6,659 bases of DNA from a virus (IMGVR_UViG_3300018467_000013), one strand, 5' to 3'. Shown: positions 1-6,628, counted from the first letter of the stretch. Numbers and translations: made by a program. The notes: generated by a model from the sequence alone, not told the origin.

Positions 1-804
1 ATGCTGCTGACCCGTGCTGATATGGAAGACCGTGAACGCTTCCTGAACGCCCGCGACACCCTGCGTGCGTTGCTCGATAACAATATCGTTCCGGTAATCA
101 ATGAGAACGATGCTGTCGCTACGGCAGAGATTAAGGTCGGCGATAACGATAACCTTTCTGCGCTGGCGGCGATTCTGGCGGGTGCCGATAAACTGTTGCT
201 GCTGACCGATCAAAAAGGTTTGTATACCGCTGATCCGCGCAGCAATCCGCAGGCAGAACTGATTAAAGATGTTTACGGCATTGATGACGCACTGCGCGCG
301 ATTGCCGGTGACAGCGTTTCAGGCCTCGGAACTGGCGGCATGAGTACCAAATTGCAGGCCGCTGACGTGGCTTGCCGTGCGGGTATCGACACCATTATTG
401 CCGCGGGCAGCAAGCCGGGCGTTATTGGTGATGTGATGGAAGGCATTTCCGTCGGTACGCTGTTCCATGCCCAGGCGACTCCGCTTGAAAACCGTAAACG
501 CTGGATTTTCGGTGCGCCGCCGGCGGGTGAAATCACGGTAGATGAAGGGGCAACTGCCGCCATTCTTGAACGCGGCAGCTCCCTGTTGCCGAAAGGCATT
601 AAAAGCGTGACTGGCAATTTCTCGCGTGGTGAAGTCATCCGCATTTGCAACCTCGAAGGTCGCGATATCGCCCACGGCGTCAGTCGTTACAACAGCGATG
701 CATTACGCCGTATTGCCGGGCACCACTCGCAAGAAATTGATGCAATACTGGGATATGAATACGGCCCGGTTGCCGTTCACCGTGATGACATGATTACCCG
801 TTAA
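1..804 (+). CDS. proB: Glutamate 5-kinase (ProB), C-terminal ~267 aa; 5' end lies outside the window (the Met at position 1 is internal)
   Basis: Translation reads as the amino-acid-kinase C-terminal half plus a PUA-like tail of enterobacterial ProB. TAA stop at 802-804 is followed 11 bp later by the proA start with a GGAG ribosome-binding site, the conserved proBA arrangement. Codon usage is host-like. Confidence 0.9.
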
Positions 805-815
805 GGAGCAGGCTG

Positions 816-2069
816 ATGCTGGAACAAATGGGCATTGCCGCGAAGCAAGCCTCGTATAAATTAGCGCAACTCTCCAGCCGCGAAAAAAATCGCGTGCTGG
901 AAAAAATCGCCGATGAACTGGAAGCACAAAGCGAAATCATCCTCAACGCTAACGCCCAGGATGTTGCTGACGCGCGTGCCAATGGCCTTGGCGAAGCGAT
1001 GCTTGACCGTCTGGCACTGACGCCCGCACGGCTGAAAGGCATTGCCGATGATGTGCGCCAGGTGTGTAACCTCGCCGATCCGGTGGGGCAGGTAATCGAT
1101 GGCAGCGTACTGGACAGCGGCCTGCGTCTTGAGCGTCGTCGCGTACCGCTGGGGGTTATTGGCGTGATTTATGAAGCGCGCCCGAACGTGACGGTTGATG
1201 TCGCTTCGCTGTGCCTGAAAACCGGTAATGCGGTGATCCTGCGCGGTGGCAAAGAAACGTGTCGCACTAACGCTGCAACGGTGGCGGTGATTCAGGACGC
1301 CCTGAAATCCTGCGGCTTACCGGCGGGTGCCGTGCAGGCGATTGATAATCCTGACCGTGCGCTGGTCAGTGAAATGCTGCGTATGGATAAATACATCGAC
1401 ATGCTGATCCCGCGTGGTGGCGCTGGTTTGCATAAACTGTGCCGTGAACAGTCGACAATCCCGGTGATCACAGGTGGTATAGGCGTATGCCATATTTACG
1501 TTGATGAAAGTGTAGAGATCGCTGAAGCATTAAAAGTGATCGTCAACGCGAAAACTCAGCGTCCGAGCACATGTAATACGGTTGAAACGTTGCTGGTGAA
1601 TAAAAACATCGCCGATAGCTTCCTGCCCGCATTAAGCAAACAAATGGCGGAAAGCGGCGTGACATTACACGCAGATGCAGCTGCACTGGCGCAGTTGCAG
1701 GCAGGCCCTGCGAAGGTGGTTGCTGTTAAAGCCGAAGAGTATGACGATGAGTTTCTGTCATTAGATTTGAACGTCAAAATCGTCAGCGATCTTGACGATG
1801 CCATCGCCCATATTCGTGAACACGGCACACAACACTCCGATGCGATCCTGACCCGCGATATGCGCAACGCCCAGCGTTTTGTTAACGAAGTGGATTCGTC
1901 CGCTGTTTACGTTAACGCCTCTACGCGTTTTACCGACGGCGGCCAGTTTGGTCTGGGTGCGGAAGTGGCGGTAAGCACACAAAAACTCCACGCGCGTGGC
2001 CCAATGGGGCTGGAAGCACTGACCACTTACAAGTGGATCGGCATTGGTGATTACACCATTCGTGCGTAA
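816..2069 (+). CDS. proA: Gamma-glutamyl phosphate reductase (glutamate-5-semialdehyde dehydrogenase)
   Basis: 417-aa ORF immediately downstream of proB. The translation ([37 protein letters not shown]...) is recognised as enterobacterial ProA, an aldehyde-dehydrogenase-family protein. GGAG ribosome-binding site sits 7-8 bp upstream and G+C is high, as in the host. Confidence 0.93.
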   Translation: MLEQMGIAAKQASYKLAQLSSREKNRVLEKIADELEAQSEIILNANAQDVADARANGLGEAMLDRLALTPARLKGIADDVRQVCNLADPVGQVIDGSVLDSGLRLERRRVPLGVIGVIYEARPNVTVDVASLCLKTGNAVILRGGKETCRTNAATVAVIQDALKSCGLPAGAVQAIDNPDRALVSEMLRMDKYIDMLIPRGGAGLHKLCREQSTIPVITGGIGVCHIYVDESVEIAEALKVIVNAKTQRPSTCNTVETLLVNKNIADSFLPALSKQMAESGVTLHADAAALAQLQAGPAKVVAVKAEEYDDEFLSLDLNVKIVSDLDDAIAHIREHGTQHSDAILTRDMRNAQRFVNEVDSSAVYVNASTRFTDGGQFGLGAEVAVSTQKLHARGPMGLEALTTYKWIGIGDYTIRA

Positions 2070-2114
2070 ATAAAACCGGGTGATGCAAAAGTAGCCATTT
2101 GATTCACAAGGCCA

Positions 2115-2143
2115 TTGACGCATCGCCCGGTTAGTTTTAACCT
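2115..2143 (+). promoter_or_regulatory. Putative sigma70 promoter for thrW (TTGACG -35, 17-bp spacer, TAACCT -10)
   Basis: TTGACG at 2115-2120 and TAACCT at 2138-2143 by eye, about 40 bp upstream of the mature tRNA 5' end and followed by GC-rich sequence. Motif match only; the -10 is weak. Confidence 0.3.
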
Positions 2144-2183
2144 TGTCCACCGTGATTCACGTTCGTGAACATGTCCTTTCAGG

Positions 2184-2259
2184 GCCGATATAGCTCAGTT
2201 GGTAGAGCAGCGCATTCGTAATGCGAAGGTCGTAGGTTCGACTCCTATTATCGGCACCA
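2184..2259 (+). tRNA. thrW: tRNA-Thr, anticodon CGU
   Basis: 76-nt sequence GCCGATATAGCTCAGTTGGTAGAGCAGCGCATTCGTAATGCGAAGGTCGTAGGTTCGACTCCTATTATCGGCACCA folds as a cloverleaf: 7-bp acceptor stem (GCCGATA/TATCGGC), D-arm AGCTC/GAGC, anticodon loop TTCGTAA with CGT, T-arm GTAGG/CCTAT with TTCGACT loop, encoded CCA end. Position directly downstream of proA matches the thrW locus. Confidence 0.92.
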
Positions 2260-2262
2260 TTC

Positions 2263-2425
2263 TAACGTCTCCCCAAGTCTACTCAAGTATTTAAAAACCT
2301 CTTATAATCCGCATGTTAGCGCCCCTTTTAGTCTTTTGACGTCTACTTAAGTACCCCAAAATCTACAGTCAATTGGGGGTACTTTTGGGGGTATTTGCTG
2401 TTCGGTTTAGTGGAGGTACCCCCAA
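2263..2425. repeat. attL-proximal repeat cluster, candidate integrase arm-type and excisionase binding sites
   Basis: Direct repeats GTCTACT(C/T)AAGTA at 2277-2289 and 2341-2353. G5TA/TAC5 motifs in inverted pairs: GTACCCCAAAA 2351-2361 with TTTTGGGGGTA 2384-2394, and TTGGGGGTAC 2373-2382 with GGTACCCCCAA 2416-2425. The last copy overlaps the integrase ribosome-binding site and GTG start. Confidence 0.5.
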
Positions 2426-3640
2426 GTGAAACTCAATGCCCGTCAAATAGACACTGCCAAGCCAAAAGAGAAGGCTTACAAGCTGGCTGATGGTGGTGGT
2501 CTGTATCTCCTGGTAAAACCTAGTGGAGGAAAATACTGGCGCTTTAAATATCGTGTAGCTGGTAAAGAGAAGCTGTTAGCACTAGGTGTGTATCCTGAAG
2601 TTACCTTGGCTGATGCTCGTGCAAAACGTGAAGAAGCTAAAAGGGGTATCGCTGGGGGTATCGATCCGATGGAAGCGAAACGAGAGGAAAAGATTGCCCG
2701 GGAAACGCAGTTAAACAATACCTTCAAAGATATTGCCCTTGAGTGGCACAGCAGCAAATTAAAAAAATGGTCTGCTGGTTATGCTTCAGATATCCTCGAA
2801 GCCTTCAACAAAGATGTGTTCCCTTACATTGGCAAAAAACCAATTGCCGAAATCAAACCACTTGAACTTCTGAATGTGCTGCGACGCATCGAGGGGCGCG
2901 GTGCTACAGAAAAAGCCAAAAAAGTGAGGCAGCGGTGCGGGGAAGTTTTCCGCTATGCAATAGTCACTGGTCGCGCAGAGTATAACCCTGCCCCAGATCT
3001 TACTAGCGCGATGCAAGGCCATGAATCTAATCATTATCCTTTCCTCACAGCCAAAGAATTGCCTGATTTTTTCAAGGCATTGTCCAGTTACTCAGGAAGT
3101 GCATTGGTTGTTATGGCGGCTCGTCTACTGATTATCACTGGTTTGCGAACTGGCGAACTGCGCGGTGCATTATGGGATGAAATCGATCTCAACAAGGCTA
3201 TCTGGGAGATACCTGCTTCACGGATGAAAATGCGTCGCCCTCATGTGGTGCCTTTGTCTAAGCAGGCTCTTTCTCTTATTGGGCAGATTAAAGAATTAAC
3301 TGGTAATTATCCGCTTATGTTTCCCGGCCGTAATGATCCAAGGAAAACAATGAGCGAGGCTAGCATAAACCAAGTATTTAAACGCATCGGCTATAACGGA
3401 AAGGTTACTGGTCATGGATTCCGGCACACCATGAGCACGATTTTACATGAGCAGGGCTATAACACCGCGTGGATAGAAACGCAGCTTGCACACGTTGATA
3501 AGAACTCAATTCGTGGCACGTACAATCATGCGCAATATCTGGACGGGCGGCGCGAGATGCTCCAGTGGTACGCCGACTATATGGATTCGCTCGAACATGG
3601 CGGTAACGTGGTGCATGGCAAGTTCGGAAAATGTGGATGA
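2426..3640 (+). CDS. Site-specific tyrosine recombinase, P4-family phage integrase
   Basis: 404-aa ORF with GTG start and a GGAGGT ribosome-binding site 8 bp upstream. The N-terminus (KLADGGGLYLLVKPSGGKYWRFKYRVAGKEKLLALGVYPEV) resembles the arm-binding domain of P4-type integrases. The C-terminal catalytic domain carries conserved R (RTGELRGALWDEIDL), the H-x-x-R box (HGFRHT) and the tyrosine nucleophile region (RGTYNHAQY). The gene is adjacent to the tRNA. Confidence 0.92.
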   Translation: MKLNARQIDTAKPKEKAYKLADGGGLYLLVKPSGGKYWRFKYRVAGKEKLLALGVYPEVTLADARAKREEAKRGIAGGIDPMEAKREEKIARETQLNNTFKDIALEWHSSKLKKWSAGYASDILEAFNKDVFPYIGKKPIAEIKPLELLNVLRRIEGRGATEKAKKVRQRCGEVFRYAIVTGRAEYNPAPDLTSAMQGHESNHYPFLTAKELPDFFKALSSYSGSALVVMAARLLIITGLRTGELRGALWDEIDLNKAIWEIPASRMKMRRPHVVPLSKQALSLIGQIKELTGNYPLMFPGRNDPRKTMSEASINQVFKRIGYNGKVTGHGFRHTMSTILHEQGYNTAWIETQLAHVDKNSIRGTYNHAQYLDGRREMLQWYADYMDSLEHGGNVVHGKFGKCG

Positions 3641-3762
3641 CTGGTTGCGTATACAGTAGTAGACTTTGAGCGACGAAAGAAAAGGCTGTGTCTAGGGTCG
3701 CTCCCGAAAATCCGTACACCTCGACGGACTGGTACAGCCACTACAGTAGAGGACGCTGAGGT

Positions 3763-4566
3763 GTGCGTATGATTGATATTCATGCCGAATTAAACGAATA
3801 CAAAAAAGATTTTATTTCTTTACGTGAATTTCTTGAGGTCGTGCTTAAGGTCGCTGGTGATGATTATGATGTTTCAGATGTCATAACTTGGATACTCAGG
3901 AGAATAAGCGGAGAACATATCCGCCTGTACACAGTAAATGAATTTAAGCTGTTGGAATCTTTTTGTAACCCGTATCGGGATGAATTTGATTATGATGTTC
4001 TTTATAGAAATCTGAATGCGGTTCGGAAACGTGGTTGTTTACCTGGTGAGAGGGATGAAAATGGTTTTCTGGTGTCCGGTTATTGGGAAGATCCCGAATT
4101 TGAGAACATTGGATTTATAAGGGGTGAAATTTTCGCAATTTTTCCCGATGTCCTTGACGCGTTAACGAAGCTGGAAGGCGCTAACTCTTCTGAAAATGAC
4201 GAGGCACAAGGACGCGATATTGAAAAGAAAGAGTTGCGTACAGAGGATGATTTATTATCCCAAATCGCAATGCTGGAAAAAGAAAACGCAGAGTTAAGGG
4301 CAAGGATAGAGCAGTTAGAGCAAGAGCGCCCGATACACTTATATAAATACTGGGATAAAGACCCATTAGCTAAGGCTATTGAGATTAGAAACAGAGAGTG
4401 GGCCAATTACGATCCAGAAAATGATTTTGCCACCAGGGGAAATCAAGAAGCGATAACCAGGGAGCTTAAGCAGTGGGGGGCAAGTAATGCACTTGCAACG
4501 CTCATAGAGAGGACTGCCTGCCCTATTAACCGAGACAACAGCCAAAAGAACGCAAAGCCGGATTAA
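3763..4566 (+). CDS. Hypothetical acidic coiled-coil protein (267 aa), orphan island cargo of unknown function
   Basis: Clean 804-bp ORF with GAGGT ribosome-binding site 7 bp before the ATG. It is strongly AT-rich relative to its flanks. The protein has a large excess of D/E over K/R, a central heptad-like segment (LLSQIAMLEKENAELRARIEQLEQER), and no Walker A, HTH or other motif I can recognise. It sits in the first cargo slot downstream of the integrase. Confidence 0.7.
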   Translation: MRMIDIHAELNEYKKDFISLREFLEVVLKVAGDDYDVSDVITWILRRISGEHIRLYTVNEFKLLESFCNPYRDEFDYDVLYRNLNAVRKRGCLPGERDENGFLVSGYWEDPEFENIGFIRGEIFAIFPDVLDALTKLEGANSSENDEAQGRDIEKKELRTEDDLLSQIAMLEKENAELRARIEQLEQERPIHLYKYWDKDPLAKAIEIRNREWANYDPENDFATRGNQEAITRELKQWGASNALATLIERTACPINRDNSQKNAKPD

Positions 4567-4581
4567 CGCACCATACCGCAT

Positions 4582-4723
4582 ACCCTGAGGGTGATTTACT
4601 GTTACCCTGAGGGTATTTTTTATCTTCCCCGTCAATTTTACCATCACCCTTAGGGTAGATTTCCTCCCGATTACCATCACCCTTAGGGTTAATTTCCTTC
4701 CGGTAACCATTAGGCCTGAGGGT
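4582..4723. repeat. Phased array of five near-palindromic 11-mers ACCCT(G/T)AGGGT, including 2.5 tandem copies of a ~33-bp unit; candidate operator or iteron array
   Basis: Copies at 4582-4592 and 4604-4614 (ACCCTGAGGGT), 4646-4656 and 4679-4689 (ACCCTTAGGGT, each within TTACCATCACCCTTAGGGT), and a degenerate copy at 4713-4723 (GGCCTGAGGGT). Start-to-start spacings are 22, 42, 33 and 34 bp, roughly whole helical turns. The array lies in the 226-bp gap between the orphan gene and alpA. Confidence 0.65.
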
Positions 4724-4792
4724 ATGAAAATATTCGTTATTTCTGTGCCATGATTACCTCGTCAAATTGAGTAGACGTTATGAGGTAAATAT

Positions 4793-4990
4793 ATGTCAAA
4801 TACGCTTATTCGTTTAACAGAAGTTCAGCGTAGAACTGGATATAGCAAGGCATGGATTTATCGCCTTATGGGGCAAGGTAAATTTCCTGTATCAGTTAAA
4901 ATTGGCTCGCGAGCTATTGCTTTCGTTGAGAGTGAAATTGACGAGTGGATTAATCAGCGTATTGCGGAATCACGCGGAACAGCTACCTGA
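4793..4990 (+). CDS. alpA: AlpA-family phage/island transcriptional regulator (Vis/Xis-like, MerR-type HTH)
   Basis: 65-aa ORF with GAGGT ribosome-binding site 9 bp upstream. The sequence LIRLTEVQRRTGYSKAWIYRLMGQGKFPVSVKIGSRAIAFVESEIDEWINQR matches the AlpA/Vis family signature (HTH followed by the ESEIDEW motif). Such genes typically sit near P4-type integrases. Confidence 0.85.
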   Translation: MSNTLIRLTEVQRRTGYSKAWIYRLMGQGKFPVSVKIGSRAIAFVESEIDEWINQRIAESRGTAT

Positions 4991-5067
4991 TTAAATGGCT
5001 ACGGGGCTATTGCCCCCAGCTATCCACCAGCAAATAAAAGTAACTTAATTCGATAGCAGGAGTTTTT

Positions 5068-5868
5068 ATGAAATTTCCAAAAACGCCCGTACAGGGGCGG
5101 GGCTTCGTTCGGCCTGAAAACCAGAATCTGCAAAATTTCGGCGAAATTATCCCGATTATTTCCGGCGTTATTGGCGGGAGTGAAACCACTATTGTTAGCG
5201 CCAGAGCGTTACATAAGGCGTTAGGTGTAGGGCGCGTTTTCCGTTCGTGGATCAAGGGGCGCATTGAAGAATACGGGTTCACGGAAGGCGTGGATTATGA
5301 GGTTGTTGAATATTTGAGCCGACCCGATCCGGTGAGCGCAAAATCTCGCCAGCAAACCGCTCTTGAGTACATCATCACAGTGAACATGGCGAAAGAACTG
5401 GCGATGGTCGAACGTACCGAACAGGGCCGCGCCGTTCGCCAGTACTTTATCAAATGCGAGGAGGAGCTACACAAGGTTGCGCCTGTTCGTTCCGCAGCGT
5501 TACGCCGGGAACTGAAAGCCCGTATCACAGTTGCCAGCTACTTTAAGCCAATGTGTGCCGCGCTGGAGGCGTACCGGGCTGAACTGGGTAAAAACACGTT
5601 CCAGCACCACTACACCACGGAAGCCAATATGCTGGCGCGTATCGTGCTGGGTGGCATGACTGCAAAACAGTGGGCGCAGGCGAACGGCATCACAGGCGAA
5701 CCACGCGACCACATGAGCACGTTGCAGCTTGAGCACCTTTCTTACCTTGAGCAGAGCAATATCACGCTGATTGAGTTAGGCCAGGGCTACCACCAGCGGA
5801 AAGCTGAATTAATTCGTCTTTCGCAGCGTTGGTTAGCCCGTCGCATGGAGGAAAACAGCCATGTGTAA
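5068..5868 (+). CDS. Phage antirepressor-like protein with AntA/AntB-type N-terminal domain
   Basis: 266-aa ORF with AGGAG ribosome-binding site 7 bp upstream. The N-terminal segment SARALHKALGVGRVFRSWIKGRIEEYGFTEGVDYEV resembles the AntA/AntB antirepressor domain consensus. G+C is closer to host-like, and the gene is co-directional with alpA. Family assignment is from memory of the domain signature, not from a search. Confidence 0.65.
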   Translation: MKFPKTPVQGRGFVRPENQNLQNFGEIIPIISGVIGGSETTIVSARALHKALGVGRVFRSWIKGRIEEYGFTEGVDYEVVEYLSRPDPVSAKSRQQTALEYIITVNMAKELAMVERTEQGRAVRQYFIKCEEELHKVAPVRSAALRRELKARITVASYFKPMCAALEAYRAELGKNTFQHHYTTEANMLARIVLGGMTAKQWAQANGITGEPRDHMSTLQLEHLSYLEQSNITLIELGQGYHQRKAELIRLSQRWLARRMEENSHV

Positions 5869-6628
5869 CGCTCTGACCGTTACAAAAAGAGAAAGCGCCC
5901 CGTTGCCGGAGCGCCTTTGTGAACGAATAGCCTACTGCGCCATATTGCTTACTGTCTACGAGGCAGATTATAGCGTTGTGGTCGCACAGAGTGAAGGCAC
6001 TGATCACCGTTACTACAGCACGCCAGAAATGCAGAATATTTCGCTGCAAAATGCCGTTGGCCACGCTGTCCGGAAAGCAAAAAATTTTGCTGGTGGCGTG
6101 ACTGATGCGATTTTGTCAGGTCACCAGGTGCTGATCAATCTGATGTCTGATTTCGTTCTGGATAAAACAAAGGCGACTGCAGAGGGCCACCAGTGGGAAA
6201 GCTACACACTTGAACACATTGCCAACAATGCCAGATTTGCGGCTGGTGGGCAATGTGATCAGTGTGCTGGCTTGCTGGTGGGCTATTCATGCTCTTTAAC
6301 ATTGCCATGCCGCGATGTTTTCCAGGTATGTGATCCCATTTTTGTGCGCCTGTACTCTTTAAGGAATTGCTCAAGGGCAAAAGCACATGGCGCGAATCTT
6401 TCTGATTCATGCTCTATCTTTCTGCGCCGTCTTTTCCGTGCCGGTGATAATGTTTTGGTCAATTCTTTATCGGTCATTGTGTTGTCCTGCATAGCAATGC
6501 GCCGTAATACCTTACACCACGGCGCTGATGGTGATTACTCTGGTTCTTTGGTCTTGCGACGCTGGAGTTCTTCGCGTGCAACGGTGACAAGCTGCCCGAT
6601 TTCTTCCGCTGCTTTGATGCCGATTTGA
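5861..6628 (+). CDS. Uncertain ORF; the 5' portion (to about 6300) may be a real coupled gene, the 3' portion is probably non-coding read-through
   Basis: The ATG at 5861 overlaps the upstream stop in ATGTGTAA, a translational-coupling arrangement. The ORF has no stop until a TGA formed at the adapter junction (6626-6628). Its last ~100 codons are rich in rare codons (AGG, ATA, TCA) and give a Cys/Ser/Arg/Leu-rich translation, whereas the opposite strand reads as a plausible protein C-terminus. Confidence 0.3.
   Translation: MCNALTVTKRESAPLPERLCERIAYCAILLTVYEADYSVVVAQSEGTDHRYYSTPEMQNISLQNAVGHAVRKAKNFAGGVTDAILSGHQVLINLMSDFVLDKTKATAEGHQWESYTLEHIANNARFAAGGQCDQCAGLLVGYSCSLTLPCRDVFQVCDPIFVRLYSLRNCSRAKAHGANLSDSCSIFLRRLFRAGDNVLVNSLSVIVLSCIAMRRNTLHHGADGDYSGSLVLRRWSSSRATVTSCPISSAALMPI
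6535..6627 (-). CDS. C-terminal fragment (30 codons plus stop) of a convergent gene whose body lies beyond the contig end
   Basis: Reverse-complement translation from 6627 gives QIGIKAAEEIGQLVTVAREELQRRKTKEPE followed by TAA (6537-6535), using common host codons and with a protein-like amphipathic composition. The frame is open to the adapter junction. Confidence 0.35.
   Translation of the reverse strand, partial: QIGIKAAEEIGQLVTVAREELQRRKTKEPE

Larger units (their letters stand above)
2260..6627. mobile_element. Left portion of a tRNA(thrW)-inserted integrative island (P4-like, satellite-like or PICI-like); right end and attR lie beyond the window
   Basis: Composition shifts right after the tRNA CCA: sampled 60-bp stretches are about 30-42% G+C in the 3763-4566 gene versus more than 50% in proA (hand counts, not computed over the whole region). 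A tyrosine integrase gene is read away from the tRNA, followed by AlpA and antirepressor-like genes. tRNA 3' ends are classical integration targets for this integrase family. Confidence 0.75.

Noticed and set aside
273-2150. Minus-strand ORFs 273..650, 319..675, 703..927, 794..1042, 1556..1867 and 1761..2150 inside proB and proA
   Set aside because: They are antisense to two well-supported conserved genes, their translations are low-complexity (Ala/Arg/Ser/Pro-rich), and none has a ribosome-binding site. This is the usual antisense open frame in GC-rich coding DNA.
2156-2169. TTCACG-TT-CGTGAA inverted repeat between the putative thrW promoter and the tRNA
   Set aside because: The arms are 6 bp with a 2-bp spacer, too tight for a hairpin, and it lies in conserved host leader sequence. 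It may be a protein site or part of the tRNA precursor, with no basis for a specific call.
3666-3697. GAGCGAC...GTCGCTC inverted repeat after the integrase stop as a terminator
   Set aside because: The loop between the 7-bp arms is about 18 nt and no U-tract follows. It is reported only as context for the GTCTACT motif.
2476-3783. Minus-strand ORFs 2476..2757, 2786..3034, 3405..3719 and 3577..3783 overlapping the integrase
   Set aside because: They lie antisense within the integrase gene, which has clear catalytic motifs. Their translations are not protein-like and they have no translation signals.
4080-4710. Minus-strand ORFs 4080..4406, 4181..4366 and 4366..4710
   Set aside because: The first two are antisense to the orphan gene. 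The third runs through the palindromic repeat array, and its repeated LTLRVMV/STLRVMV peptide is just the translated DNA repeat, not a protein repeat.
4582-4723. Possible CRISPR array
   Set aside because: The repeats are only 11 bp (up to 19-33 bp as units), spacing is irregular at 22-42 bp, the motif is a simple palindrome, and there are no cas genes or leader. This is a binding-site or iteron array, not CRISPR.
5003-5016. GGGGC-TATT-GCCCC stem-loop after alpA as an intrinsic terminator
   Set aside because: The stem is only 5 bp and there is no downstream T-run. At most it is a weak attenuator between alpA and the antirepressor-like gene.
5007-6064. Minus-strand ORFs 5007..5282, 5295..5528, 5500..5736 and 5762..6064 overlapping the antA-like gene
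   Set aside because: They are antisense to a gene with a recognisable domain and ribosome-binding site, and their translations are not protein-like.
6135-6492. Minus-strand ORFs 6135..6410 and 6283..6492
   Set aside because: They overlap each other and the forward ORF, use rare codons (AGA, ATA, CGG), and have no recognisable motif. A small basic protein (KRRRRK) from 6283..6492 cannot be excluded, but support is too weak to call.
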